From: Octopus vulgaris
Taxonomy: Eukaryota
Direction: 5' to 3'
Length of the DNA stretch: 64,000 bases
Assembly: GCA_951406725.2 (NCBI GenBank)
Contig: OX597814.1
Coordinates: 212,288,001 to 212,352,000, forward strand
Shown one piece after another: positions 12,282-25,240 of the stretch. Position numbers and translations under genes: made by a program. Positions within the stretch are counted from its first letter, which is position 1. The number at the start of each line of letters is the position of its first letter. Under the pieces are notes generated by a model. The model made no database searches and was not told the origin of the DNA. It saw only the letters and a program-made list of their open reading frames with translations.

Positions 12282-13137
12282 TCTGTTATTTTCTTGTTTA
12301 TAAAATATCTTAAATTTCTCTCCGATATTATGAATATTTTAGGAGATATTGGATTACTGGTCAGTTGTTTTCACATGTCCATTTCATTGAAGTTAAAAAC
12401 CATGTGATTCTATTTTCATGTAATTCAATCCTAATAATTTGACATATTGGTTCACTTGCTTTTAATATGGTGCGTGTACTGATTTTCACACAGAAAAATT
12501 GCTTCCGTAAGATGTTGTTATTGAGTTTCGAGTTAAAATATATTAGATTCATATAAAGCTCGACACAATAATCCCATATGCATTTGCGTGTATTAATATA
12601 CGTACCTCTTTATCGTTTTCAATGTAAACAAGAAAATTGTAAAATGTTTGCCACAGCCAATAAGAACAACAGCATTTTCCAGAAGAATATGTAAGCATAT
12701 GCAAATTGTATTATTGTAAAATGCACTTGGCCAATATTTAATATCTGATGATTTGGCTTACACAAAAGAACTCTTGTTTTCCACAAAAATAGAGAAAATC
12801 AATTTTTGCTAGACTGCTTCTCAGTCACAACAACGTACACACTGTCTATTGTAAAACAGATAACTTATTACAAAATGATACGAGTTTTTGCATCTTCAAG
12901 ACTGAGAAAGACATATACTACTTGCTGCAATAAATGTATTAGTCAGGAAAAAAGAAAAACATTATACATAAAGTAATGAAACCATACATCTCTCAATTGA
13001 AATGGAAAAAATGCTTGTTATAGGTTATTTCCGTTTACTCTCAATCTGCTCCGTAATTAATTGACACATTTCTTTCACAACCTTGCAACCACGCTACTTA
13101 CCCGGTCTGGTAAAGCAGTTCAAATATCCTGCCATAT

Positions 13138-13515
13138 GTGGATGGAAGCACTCCGTCGGTTACGGCGACGAGGGTTCTGGTTGATCCGATCAACGGAACA
13201 GCCTGCTCGTGAAATTAACGTGAGCACTCCACAGACATGTGTACCCTTAATGTAGTTCTCGGGGATATTCAGCGTGACACAGAGAGTGACAAGGCCGGCC
13301 CTTTGAAATACAGGTACAAGAGAAACAGGAAGTAAGATTGAGAGAAAGTTGTGGTGAAAGAGTACAGCAGGGATCACCACCATCCCCTGTCGGAGCCTCG
13401 TGGAGCTTTAGGTGTTTTCGCTCAATAAACACTCACAACGCCCGGCCTGGGAATCGAAACCGCGATCCTATGACCGCGAGTCCGCTGCCCTAACCACTGG
13501 GCCATTGCGCCTCCA
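13138..13515 (-). mobile_element. tRNA-derived SINE (family B, tail type 1) with 9-bp TSD
   Basis: Head TGGCCCAGTGGTTAGGGCAGCGG...GGTTTCGATTCCC (A and B boxes). TSD CTGCCATAT at 13129-13137 and 13516-13524. Confidence 0.9.
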
Positions 13516-15031
13516 CTGCCATATAGAACTGTGCAAATTACACGGTTTCAGTTAAATTCAGCGTCACCCAAACCTTGTTTCTCCGCGCTGCTAATGGTAC
13601 TGAATCCAGTGTTTTTCAAACGAACTGAAAGATAGGTGCAGCCAGAATTTAAGAAGTAGGCAGATATATTGAAACTAATGAAATTAAGATATTTACCAAA
13701 TTTTAAACTTGTGGAACACCATGTGGAAGAAATAAGAATGATTGAGATGCATAATTGATTTTGTCAACGCTAAAGTAAAAAGCGACAAAATATTTCAATA
13801 ATTTTATTATTATTTTTTAGGTCAGTATTTCTCAGCAGATGATTTTGAGTCAGATAACATAACACATGCAGACGACACAGCAAGATTGCGCTAACAAAGT
13901 TTGGTTAGAGAATCTATCACGGCGTATAGTTTAGTACCACTTCTTGCTTATATCACTAATGACGTAATGGTGTTTGCTTTTTGTGAATAATCTACGAAGT
14001 TCCATCAAAGTATATTCAAAATTCTGGTACTGGTTTCTTTTTTTAGTGTGTAGTACCAAAAGAGCGAAAAGAAAATGGTTAAAAAGGATTCCAATTAATG
14101 AATTTACTACCAAATATCCCCAACTCCAAGCCTCTGAATAACACATCGAGAATCGTTTTGAATGTTTAGTTCCTAGTATAACGCCTAGGTAGGTGCAACC
14201 GGTATCAGAACATCGTTAGATCATGATATCATCGTTGGATCATGATATCAAATGTCGAGAGACATTTTGATTTTACCACTGCAAAATTATACATGAGAGA
14301 TGATATATGTTTTTTGTCCAATTGACAACATAGGTATCGTACGTGTTCGGTGAATAACAACACGGAGTTACAAATTGCGATAGAATATAAGACATATATG
14401 TTATATGGAAGGAAGTAGAGGAGAGTCTGTTTATTCCGTAGGTGTATGAGCAGATACAGAAGTGATATAGTTCTGTTTTTAACTTCGACACAGAAATAAT
14501 CTGAGTCTATAATTGAAATCGATTATTCAAGAGTCAATTTTATAAAACGATATTTGCATTCTTATTTAGTTTTCCACTTCGATTTTCTCAAATATAACTA
14601 TTTGTGCTGAAAATATTTTGAGAGCGAAAAAAAAAACTTGTGTCGCTGTGGGGAATAACGAGTACTACTCAGTTCATAATAAGAATCTACAGATTTCGAA
14701 AATTATTCATTTATGAACTTAACATTTGAACATCCTCGCATATAATGATTTAACCTGATACAGAAATACTAATTTTTTAAAGACACAAAGTGTGTTGAAA
14801 AAGTACAATCTAATAAATTTAGATAACGTAGGCTAAATGTAGGACCTATCCGTCTTCGTTTTATAATGACTATCAATTATTTGTACTTCTAGAAGTGGGA
14901 TTTCTTTTTAAATTCTTATGTATATTTCGTCTGAAACATCGCCATGTATTTAGATATGTATCATCTATATTGTTTTCTAAAGAATATGACCGCTGCATAT
15001 TATATAGATGTTTTTAACATTCTTTTAAACA

Positions 15032-15097
15032 TAGAATGGGAGTAGCATTTAGAATGCTACTCCCATTCTAAACACAACATTTAAGCGTTGTGTTTAG
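15032..15097. repeat. Two abutting perfect inverted repeats (18-bp and 11-bp stems)
   Basis: TAGAATGGGAGTAGCATT-TAG-AATGCTACTCCCATTCTA, then CTAAACACAAC-8nt-GTTGTGTTTAG. Confidence 0.9.
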
Positions 15098-15539
15098 TCT
15101 GAGTTCAGTCTAAGTTTTCCCACAAAATTGTCACGTTAGCTCCTTTTCTTTTCAATAAAATTTATATAATTGAGAATTGTTTTTAGTAACAATAATGTGA
15201 AAGTAATCATTTCATTTGATAAGCTTTTTCAAGATCAATTTGTCATTTAATTCCAGATCCAAATATAACGTGAATAATATAATCCCTTTCATAAATTGTA
15301 ACACCATCATTCCTAAGTAATAATCTCTAATTGGGATTCCAAGATAATTCAAACACTTCTCTAAAATGCTACGGGACAATATCAGCTCTATCGAAATACT
15401 TAACAACTTCAGCGATAATTGCGTTGAAATTCCTTGTATAAACATGTTTCAAGAACGTTGCGTATTCACCGAAAATATAATACAATCGAGTACTTGAAAA
15501 GTTAAACACAACGCAGAGTTGGATAAACCAGTATTTCTG

Positions 15540-16602
15540 GGCTAGTAAATATAGGTGTGAAATTTCACACAGAGAAGTATTAATATTAATGATGAGAAAG
15601 ATAAAGATAGTCAACATTGAAGGCATCCAAACACCAGATGCCCAGGCATTAAAAACATTGGAAGGAGGAGAGAGTTATAAGTATCCAGGAGTGTTAGAAT
15701 CTGTCACAGTACTAACTATAGTAAAGAAAACGAAAATTGAGAAGGAGTACATCAGAACAGTGAGGAAGCTATTGAAGTCAAAGCTATATGATCTGAATTT
15801 AGGCTTTAAATATTTGGGCAGTATCATTCCTTAGATACTCAGCAGCTTTGTATATTAGACAGAAACTGAATTAGTAAAAGTAGACAGAAGAACGAAAAGG
15901 ATTTCAATATGAAAGGAGGACTCCACCCAAGAGCAGAATTAGCAAGATTATACCTACCTAGGAATGAAGGTGGAGAGGATTAATACGAGGAGTTAGCCAC
16001 AGTAGATATAGAGTCATATGTAAGTAATACTGAAGAATGTTTATTAAAAGCTGCTAGAGTCACAGGAAGACATAGGGAAACTAAAATACCGAACGAACTT
16101 AAAAACCAGAAAAAAGTAAAAAAAATTATCTGAGCGGCAGGAGAACGCGATGCATGGTGGATTTCCAAAGATAGTTCCGGAAATAGTAGTTGTGAAACAT
16201 GGTTATGGCTGCAGAAGGGAAGGCTGAAGAGGGAGACAGAAAGTTTCATAGTTGCTGCACAGGAACAATCAATAAGGACACATTGAATAAAAGCCAAGTA
16301 GAATCCCAATGTAGATCAGACAAATCAAAAGAGGAAAGCGATAGTCATTCAGGAAGTCAATGTAGCATGTTGGCTGGCGCAGAAAGAATACAAGAAAAGG
16401 CATAATAATCTAGGGAGGACAATCCACTGGGAGCTATGCAGAAAGTTAAGATTTGAACATACTGATAAATGATATGAACCGGTACCTAGTAAAGTACTAG
16501 AAAGTAAGAAATACAAGATGTTATGGGACTTTAACATTCAGACTGACAGAGTAATAGAAGCTAGAAAGCTTGATTTGGTAGTAGTAGTAGTAGTAATAGT
16601 AC

Positions 16603-16665
<63 letters not shown>

Positions 16666-16690
16666 GTGTTGTTGTAGTAGATAAAGTGAA
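15540..16690 (+). mobile_element. Decayed R4/Dong subfamily 3 (RT thumb to RLE) containing a (GTA)n expansion
   Basis: SYKYPGVLE..KEYIRTVRKLLKSKL..RLYLPRNEGG..WLQKGRLKRETESFIVAAQEQ..IHWELC..LWDFNIQTDRVIEARKLDLV(V)nDK. Confidence 0.85.
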
Positions 16691-16699
16691 TGATATAAG

Positions 16700-18020
16700 A
16701 CCAAAGCCAGACATGCAAATATTTAGGAATCCATGAACTAGGATAAGATACAACACACACAAATGAAAGAGAAAATAAAAAAAGAATACTATAGACGAGT
16801 TAGATTAATACAGAAAACAGAGCTCAATGCGAAAAACAAGATAATAGGTATCAACACTTTAGCCGTTACAGTCATATGCTACAGCTACAATATCCTTAAC
16901 TGGATACCAAATAAACTAATCTAAATAGACAGGAAAGCAAGAAAATTAATGACATGATTTAGGATACACCACCCAAAATATGACATAGGTTATATATACA
17001 ACGTATAGGAGGTGGTAGACGCCTTATACAGCTAGAAACCTATTACAAATTAACCACCATAGGACTGCAAAAATACCTGATTCAGAAGCAAGGAAAGCTA
17101 ATACAAATAGCCACAAAACACGAGCAAAAAACTGTCTTCAGTGTTTAAGGAAACTGACAAATACAAACAAGAAGTCATACTCCCTAACAGCTATGAAGAA
17201 AAAGAAGAATCAACAAAAGTTGTAAAGCAAAGGAAATCCAAACTAAAACTAGAACAGGAACGGATCATGATAAAACGATGGCAACAAAAGTCGCTTCAAG
17301 GCAAATACTGAGGTAAACTGGACGCAAAATAATGTTAAGGCAAAATCCCAGCAATAGCTAAGAAGCTCTGGAATCAAAGCAGACACTGAAGGATTTTTAA
17401 TTGCAGCACAGGACCAACGCCTTCTCACTAGGAATTTCCAAATACATATAATGAAAAGAAACATAGCAAGCAACTGCTGAATAGGTGCAGATGTACATGA
17501 AAAAATAAATCATATCCCTCTGGCTGCCAAATCCTGGCTAAGAAGGAATATATTCACTGACACGGCAGAAATGGGACCTACATACAATGAAAGCTATGGA
17601 ATAACAACAGAAAAAAAAGATAGTATAGGCACACGCCAGAAAAGGTAACAGAAAGTGAGAAAGCAACAACACTATGCCAATAAACCTAGATAGAGAAATG
17701 AAGGCCAATAGGCCAGATATAGTTGTCTGAGATTATGAAGAAAAAATGCTTTCTAATTGATTGATAAATACCAACAGACGACAACGTTTCTCTAAAAGAA
17801 ATGGAGAATCTTTCAAAATGCAAAGACCTGGAAATAGAGGAATGTGCAGTCTAAAAATAGAAACAATTCCTATCATAGTGGACGCATTAGGTATGATAAA
17901 AAATATTCAGACAAATACATAACAAAAATACCTGGACTAACGAATATATATAACATACAGAAAATAGCGCTAGTAGGCACTGCACACCTCCTACGTAAAA
18001 CATTTTCAATACAGTAACCA
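16700..18020 (+). mobile_element. Decayed R4/Dong subfamily 2, 3' half with ORF end
   Basis: KYLGIHE..MKEKIKKEYYRRVR..ELNAKNKI..EGFLIAAQDQ..RPDIVV..QKIALVGTAHLLRKTFS. Nucleotide similarity to 11609-12184. Confidence 0.88.
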
Positions 18021-18306
18021 TAATATTTCAAGATTGAAGCTACTCTTCAGGGAGGTTAGGAAAGTTATTGTTCGGCTCAATTTAACAGTACTTTGGATAG
18101 TACAATATTCGTAAAATGTACATTTGTGCATTTAAGCAAATTTAATATTTGATTGATTAATAGGTAAACATACCGGAAATCCTCTGGAAACAAAGATACG
18201 TGATATTGATGCTGTGCCAATATATATATATACACGAGTGATTGAACACGGGACAAAGGAAACGAAATGCAACTCAATGCATTTAGTAGGAGTTACATGT
18301 AATATT

Positions 18307-18478
18307 TAAAACAGCGTGATTCGGTTTCGTGCTATCTATATTTTATTTTCAGACTCCTAACGGGAGTCGAGCTCCTTTGGGCTTCAGCAGTGCCTGTATT
18401 CTTGAAGCCAAACGAAGTTGGGCTCCGGTTAGGGTTTGCGAAATTTGAGATAGCACGGAAACGAATCAAACTGTGTTA
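18307..18478. mobile_element. Foldback/MITE-like imperfect palindrome (~170 bp)
   Basis: ACAGCGTGATTCGGTTTCGTGCTATCT pairs with AGATAGCACGGAAACGAATCAAACTGT. Inner arms CTAACGGGAG...GGCTTCA and TGAAGCC...CTCCGGTTAG also pair. Confidence 0.7.
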
Positions 18479-19177
18479 GATAATATGTATGTGTCTCTGT
18501 GCGTCCGTGCGTGCGTGCATGTGTGTGTGTGTTTATGTGTATTATCGCATCAACGTGATTATGGATATTTCTCATGTGGGTGCTTCCTCTCAGCAGATTT
18601 TATCTGATGAGTAAGCCTCGGATTATATTCTGCAGGATATTCTTCAAGGAAAATTATCCGAGATGCTTACAATAGAATAGACGAAAGCCGATAGTTCTAT
18701 TCTTAATACACCCACGCAGTATTCGTTCAGAAAATTAACCTTTTTCGAAATAGAGTGACGAATGGGAAACACGAAGACAATTCGCAGAAAAGCTGAAACA
18801 AGGGAAAACAATAACCAAAAAGATATTATAATTGAAAAATGAATGTTGCCAGCTAAAAATTCACAGCATAAGGGTTAAGATACAATACATAAGGGTTAAG
18901 ATACAATTCGGGAATTTATGTCGAGATAAATATATATTTTTTCTTATTTAATTTTTCAAGTATTTTTCTTTCCTTTCTCGGCTGTTATTCTTTTGTCATT
19001 TCACTCTACATCTTTTTTTTATTCTGTAGAGAAGATGAAATCTGATACACCATTCTAATTAAATCATTCCATTTTTCTGAATGTCAATCTGAAATAGCCC
19101 GGCTTGCTTTTTGTGTGACCGCGTATGCTTTATTTGCTTTCCTGTGTCATTTGCCTTATATATAAATACATATACCA

Positions 19178-19351
19178 TTATGTATGTATGTATGTATGTA
19201 TGTATGTATGTATGTATGTATGTATGTATGTATGCATGTATGTACGTGTGTATGTATGCATGTATCTGTTTGCGTGTGTCTGCGAGCTTCTAGCTTTACG
19301 TGTCTATATTTCAGTGCATCTGTGTAAATCTTTGCTGGGCAGAGAGTTTGA

Positions 19352-19447
<96 letters not shown>

Positions 19448-19774
19448 AGCTAGAAGATAGCGAGAGGGAGAGGAGCGAGAGAGAATATTCCAATTACAGT
19501 ACTCATATGAACATGTTAGAAAAATATGGAACACTAATACACGTTTTTAATATAATAGATATTGTCTTAATAAGTGATGCAGATGGAGTTTTAAGAAAAG
19601 AGAAATTTGACGTTCAGGGATTTGCATACATAAAAACAGCCTAAAGCAAGCTTTTTGAAAAATATCGCAAGTTTGTGAATATTATTTTTGTTAGAACACG
19701 ATTCTTGCATAAATGCATTAAGTACACTGTATTATATATAACTACGCATACTACACATAAACATACACGCATAC

Positions 19775-19825
<51 letters not shown>

Positions 19826-19850
19826 GAATAGATAGATAGATAGATATACT
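19178..19850. repeat. (TATG)n, (TA)n/(TG)n and (GATA)n microsatellites
   Basis: Arrays at 19178-19262, 19354-19444 and 19775-19846. Confidence 0.9.
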
Positions 19851-20419
19851 TATATAGAAAGAGTAGTGGATGAGTGTGTTTGAGAGTGAAGAGGTATTTA
19901 GATTTTTTTAAAGATATACATGTATTCCTGACAGTTCATATATTTGTATGTAAGTGTATTTATGTATATATATGCCTCTCTCTATATATGTATATATACA
20001 TTTATACCTCTGCTATTTGAAGTATACGTTTTGTTTCCTCTTACTTTCTTTTATTCTCTAAAGTGTAATTTCAGTTTGAATCGAAGAACAGGAGGCAATC
20101 TTTTGTATAAATTGCCGTTAATATTTTTTCCGAATACAAACCCAATTTCACCTATATACGAATTTGTGCTTCGCATATATTTCCAGTATCATGCAAGACA
20201 ACATTGATTTCATTGACAGAATATCTAGTTTCGCGGTGATACAGACACACACACACACAGAGCGGCAGTAACTTAATCATCATAGTTTTGAACGGTCACA
20301 TTCCCATGCATCCTGGGTTGAAGAGAGTTTACTGAGTCTGTTTTTCTGCGCATGGATGTCCTTCCTGACACCGATCTTCACCAGTTTCTGATGAAGTCTA
20401 GGCCTGTTTTTGCAGAATG

Positions 20420-20705
20420 CGAGGGGGTATACAAAGTGAGCGGAAACGTTCTTTGTGAGACAAGCCCTTTGTAGTTGAGGTTGCCTCAGCTAGAGGCCCC
20501 TTTATGCGACTCTCGAACTTCAGTTTGCCGACAGGGGTTCTTCATTGGGTTTATACAGCCACGTGGTGAGGAGTCTTTGCTTTGTAGTGCTTCTTATTAT
20601 AATGGCTGAAAAAAAGAAGTGCAGTTTGTTCAAATAGCTTACAAAACACAATCTTGTTTTCACGCTTTAGGAAAGGTTACGTGTCGCTTGAGGACTTACC
20701 TGAAC
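20420..20705 (+). mobile_element. Decayed mariner 5' fragment
   Basis: TIR-like CGAGGGGGTATACAAAG and peptide SRFRKGYVSLEDLP, resembling the mariner RF..G..SLED.P motif. Confidence 0.45.
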
Positions 20706-21254
20706 TGACTACTACTAATATTTGATTCCCCCACTGTGGAAAATGGAAACATATGATAACATGTATGACCATACCTAACCATATGCTGTCAACTCACTCG
20801 TGTCCTTTATTCAAATTAGACACAGTCTTCTAGCCTTAGATGCAGCAGTTGATAAAGAGATAAATGAATTAGAAATGAATTACAATACCTTACAAGACTA
20901 TGGCCTCACTAGGCTTCATGTAGTCTATTCTTAGCTAGAATAGCGACAATATGAATTTCTTCTGTCTTCTTGGTCTGTTAAAATATTTGAGAACAATTAT
21001 ATTAATGTGCCCTACTTGTTAAAATTCTATGTATTTATTTGTGCAGGTGAAGATGGCACTGCATTTAAACTGATGTAATAATTGCATTGTTCAATTAAAT
21101 GGAGCCACTTGAAACGGTCGTACGGCATCACTACATGATATCATGATGCCTTTTTTGGTTTTATTCACTTTATGCGAGCTGTACGGATAATACCGGACTC
21201 AATTTCTGCGGCTAATTAAGCAGCTAATTCAGCTGAATCTCAATTATTTCTTTA

Positions 21255-22085
21255 TCTATACGTATAAATTTGACTTAGACGATTCCTTCTTGTCTTGGGA
21301 TTCACGGTCAAACGGCTGGGTGGAATTGCACGGACAATTACACAGATGTGTAGAATGATCCATTGGTGATGCTGGGAATTGCATTTTTTTCATAGTTCCC
21401 ATGGTTACCGAGATAATCTACTGCAAGAATACTCTTGTATTTATGAATGAAAAAAAAAAGCTGATAGATGAATAACGAAATGAGTGAGTCATATTTTCCA
21501 CAGTTTCCATATTTACCGAGATAATCTACTATAAAAATAATCTTGTGTTTTATGAATGAGAAAGGAAGGGATGATAGATGAATAAGGAAGGAAGGGGTGA
21601 TCTCATATTTTTAATAGCTCCCATGTATACTGAGATAATCTACTATAATAATAGTCTTGTGTTAATTAATGCGAAAGGAAGGGGTTATTGATGAATAAAG
21701 AAGGAAGGGGTGATGTCATACTTGGTAATGGGATGATGAGTATCGTACGCTGAAAAAATAAATCAAAGAGCGTTTCAAATCTGTGCGAATATATGTGTGT
21801 GTATGTAAAAGGGGGTTATGCGAATGTGTGCTTTCGAGTGTGTGTGTGTGTGTGCGTGTGTGTGCGTGTGCACGAGCAATGGAATTGGTATGGTTCATCT
21901 TAGTTCGCTTAGTATTTGGATTTATTGTGTCATTTGGTTGAAACTTGGTTGTTTTGTTTTAGTTGGACAGTTAAATTTAGAGTTTTTGACAGGTAAAAAG
22001 TCATTCTAAAATTGTTTTTTAAAGTAAGCCTGCCGAAACAGAGCATCAACCAAACCGACTGGGTGAAACCGGTCTTAGATACTAG
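21255..22085 (+). mobile_element. Non-autonomous Helitron with an internal ~110-bp tandem repeat
   Basis: A|TCTATACGTATAAA start; hairpin GACTGGGTGAAACCGGTC at 22057-22074; CTAG|T end at 22082-22085. Three repeat units anchored by GAGATAATCTACT at 21410, 21518 and 21632. Confidence 0.65.
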
Positions 22086-22133
22086 TATGTATGTAGGTAT
22101 GTATGTATGTATGTATGTATGTATGTATGTATG

Positions 22134-22200
<67 letters not shown>

Positions 22201-22312
22201 CATTTAGAGACAGAAGTCCCCATGCAATTCATCAAATCCTAATATACATAACACATTATCATAGAATAATTCAATTCATTTGACTCCCTTTTTATTCCCT
22301 AATTAATATATA

Positions 22313-22350
<38 letters not shown>

Positions 22351-22353
<3 letters not shown>

Positions 22354-22806
22354 ACTCTACTCCCTGGAGAGAAGACGGGAGAGGTATGCAGTAATATATG
22401 TCTGGAAGATCCTGGAAGGAATTGTGCCAAATTTTGGCATTGTAAGCTACACCAATGCTAGAACAGGACGACACTGCATAGTGCCAAAGATCCCAGCAAT
22501 GCCATCACTCTTCAGGACCAGCTTCTGCAACAGCCTGGGTTTCAAGGGCCCACAGCTTTTTAATATTCTCCCAAAGAGTCTGAGGAACTTTCACAAAGTA
22601 GATGTAGCGGTTTTTAAATCAAAGCTCGACATCGTCTTGTCAAGAGTCCCAGATGAACCTACCTCACGGCAAGAGGTGCAAATGAGAGTAGCTGTATCAA
22701 ACTCTATTCTTCACCAAGTGCCACATATTAGACGAGGTTCGTCGCAATAACAGTGTAGCACAAAACGGCAGTGCATCAGCATGGCCGCAGCTCTGAGCTG
22801 AAACTA

Positions 22807-22810
<4 letters not shown>
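22351..22810 (+). mobile_element. CR1-group LINE 3' fragment (family L) flanked by (TA)n
   Basis: LYSLERRRERYAVIYVWKILEGIVPN..GPQLFNILP..FKSKLD..VPDEP; tail CAGCATGGCC-GCAGCTCTGAGCTG-AAAC. Confidence 0.85.
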
Positions 22811-22849
<39 letters not shown>

Positions 22850-22852
<3 letters not shown>

Positions 22853-25030
22853 TAATAATAGTGGGGAATATAAAATTCCAAACTTACTGGGAAAAAAATC
22901 AATTTAGCAATACTAAATCTAGTTTCACAATATAAAAGTATATGTATATAATTAACAGAAATAATCTCCATTATGTAATTCAATTGATATTGAAAGATAT
23001 TATCTATATTAAAGCATATAGAAAAAAATTAAATATATTATAATAAATATTATTCTAAACATCACGGAGTTATAAACATTAAATTGACTACGAGGGATTC
23101 GTGACGATGTATTTAAATCGATAATAATAAAATCGATAATATCAAAATTAATTCGATTTAAAATCCATTCGATTCAAAATTGTGGCCGCTCTTCAGGTCT
23201 AATGTAATAATAAAATAAATGTACCTTAACATATAATAATAAATAAATACACATATAAATGTATGTATCGTAACAATAAATAATCGAATAAAATGTAACA
23301 ATATTAATGAAAAATAAAAGCATAACTTATCTTTTTGATGAATACCTTAAACGCAGAACCTAGCGTTGCTAATAAATTTATCACGTGAAAACATGACGTA
23401 AATAATAGCTATAGAATAAATAAATAGAAAATGTATTTTAGCGGTGAATAAATAAAAATATGTATTTTAGCGGTGAAAATAACAAATTAACTAGATGTAA
23501 TATACCATTTACTGGGGAAAATTCTAAATTCTAAATGATTTAAAACTAAAACATTATACGTAAAATACATAAAATAAACTAAATTTCGATTAATTTATAT
23601 ATATTCATCAACTTATTTATTTATTTTATAAACACCTTGGATTTATCTTATTCTAGATATGTTCATATACTACATAATCTACGTCTAATGCATAATCATT
23701 ACACTACTACAAATTATAACTACATAAATTACTAACATAAATCAGGGTTTATATACATACACAAATTAGCAGAACTTATAATATGAGAAATTTAACCTAC
23801 GTCTATATTTAATTTTTCTCTCATCTTGTAAATTAATCAGTTTTTCATTATTAGATAGTAAAATCTCCATAAACCCATTTGTACATAGTCAACAACAATT
23901 ATTACCAATTCGATAAGATTTAGCTTTACAAACTATCTCCCAATTTAAATTATACTTAATTCCTTTAGATTTCAATTCCAATATATAATTGCAAAGGCCA
24001 GTATAATTAATCAATATTTTATTCTTAAATGAATGCATGTGTTGTGCCACCCTTAATTTAATTTTATTAGAAATCGACCCCACGTAAATCGAATTTAAAT
24101 AATAACTATTCTTTTTAATATAAGGTTCAATCAAATTCACTGCACGTTTATATACTACATCATCCAAATTACATTTATTTTAAATTTATATTTTGTCTTA
24201 TCTCTGAATGTACAATTAATTATATTCCGTTATTATTATTGGAATAATTATTTAATTTGTTAAATCAGTCTATTAAAAGAAGAAATACTGTTACCAACAT
24301 TAGTAGAATATTAGTGGAATAACCAACTCCAAAACTAATACTAGAAAAAATTTTATTTTTTTATTATCTATAATGAATACTTCAATTAGTTTTAATATCT
24401 CTTTAATGTTTGTTTTAACTTGAGCCCCATAAGGAATAATAAACCAAATTTTGTTCTTATTATTAACATTATTTTTATTAATTATATTATTATATTTATT
24501 ATTATCATTAAACAAATCAAATTTATTCTTATCTTTTAGCCTATTATTATATTTATTTTTTGTATTATCATAATATTATCATATTAAAACAATAATTAAC
24601 TGAATAAAACTTATAACTCTTAATATTAAGTTTATTATTATAAATATCATAGGTATCATTTATATTATATTTTTTATATTACAATTATATTTACAATTAT
24701 TAAAGAATTTATACTATGGTTATATTTATAATAAGGTGCGTGTTTTTGGAAAATCTCAAAATTAGAAGAAAGCATCGATATTCTTTTACCTATATTATCT
24801 GTTAACGATTTCTTAATTGAAGTTAGGTGATTACTATTATCATTAATATATATAATGTTTTCATTAGTCTTATGGAATGTTTGGGTTTTACCTGTTATTA
24901 AATTACAATTAGCATCTAAACAATTAACATTACAGTTCTCTTTATATATAGTAATAACTAATCCATATATTTTTTTTTAAACAATATAGTTTCTTCTTAT
25001 ATAATTCTAGTTTTCTATTGGTGCAATTCT
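22850..25030 (-). mobile_element. Decayed Penelope-like element (tentatively Naiad-like): RT C-terminus, GIY-YIG and 3' pLTR
   Basis: Minus-strand peptides YINDNSNH..IKK..KRIS.LSSN..IF, KIWFIIPY..VKTNI, VVYK..YVGS..K.R..QH..SF..LNWEI..KAKSY..C.LC. Hammerhead-like motif in the 3' part; ends at (TA)n. Confidence 0.8.
23084..23201 (-). ncRNA. Degenerate type I hammerhead motif with long stem II
   Basis: TAGAC-CTGAAGA-G..GCCAC...GTCAC-GAAT...GTA-GTC. GAAA and stem III are mutated; collinear with the better copy at 36448-36532. Confidence 0.5.
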
Positions 25031-25039
25031 TAGTTAGTA

Positions 25040-25240
25040 ATAAAAGGTCATCCCTGACGGCTTCGTTGCGTATGTTGTGTAACCCTTGCTTTTAGTTCAT
25101 CTTTGGTGAAAGACGGTGTTTTGCTGGTATCTTGCTCTACTGCTCCCCACACATAATAATCAGTCTGGGGAGTTAGTTTGCCAGTTGTTGCCCTGACAAT
25201 ATTATCTGCACAAAACTTTGTTGATAACTGCAAATGCAGC
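25040..25240 (-). mobile_element. maT/Tc1-like transposase C-terminal remnant
   Basis: DYYVWGAVEQDTSKTP..TKDELKARV, related to the remnant at 1020-1598. Confidence 0.65.

Noticed and set aside
13440-13515. tRNA gene candidates (also 51180-51250 and 52127-52200)
   Set aside because: SINE heads that continue into shared bodies and tails; no complete cloverleaf or terminator seen.
19445-19644. Peptide LEKYG...VLISDAD, faintly like a cytochrome P450 N-terminal region
   Set aside because: Too short, runs out of a microsatellite, and has no splice sites or other exons.
21385-21720. Regularly spaced repeats as a possible CRISPR array (also 54590-54880)
   Set aside because: Whole units are homologous with no unique spacers, there are no cas genes, and the context is eukaryotic.
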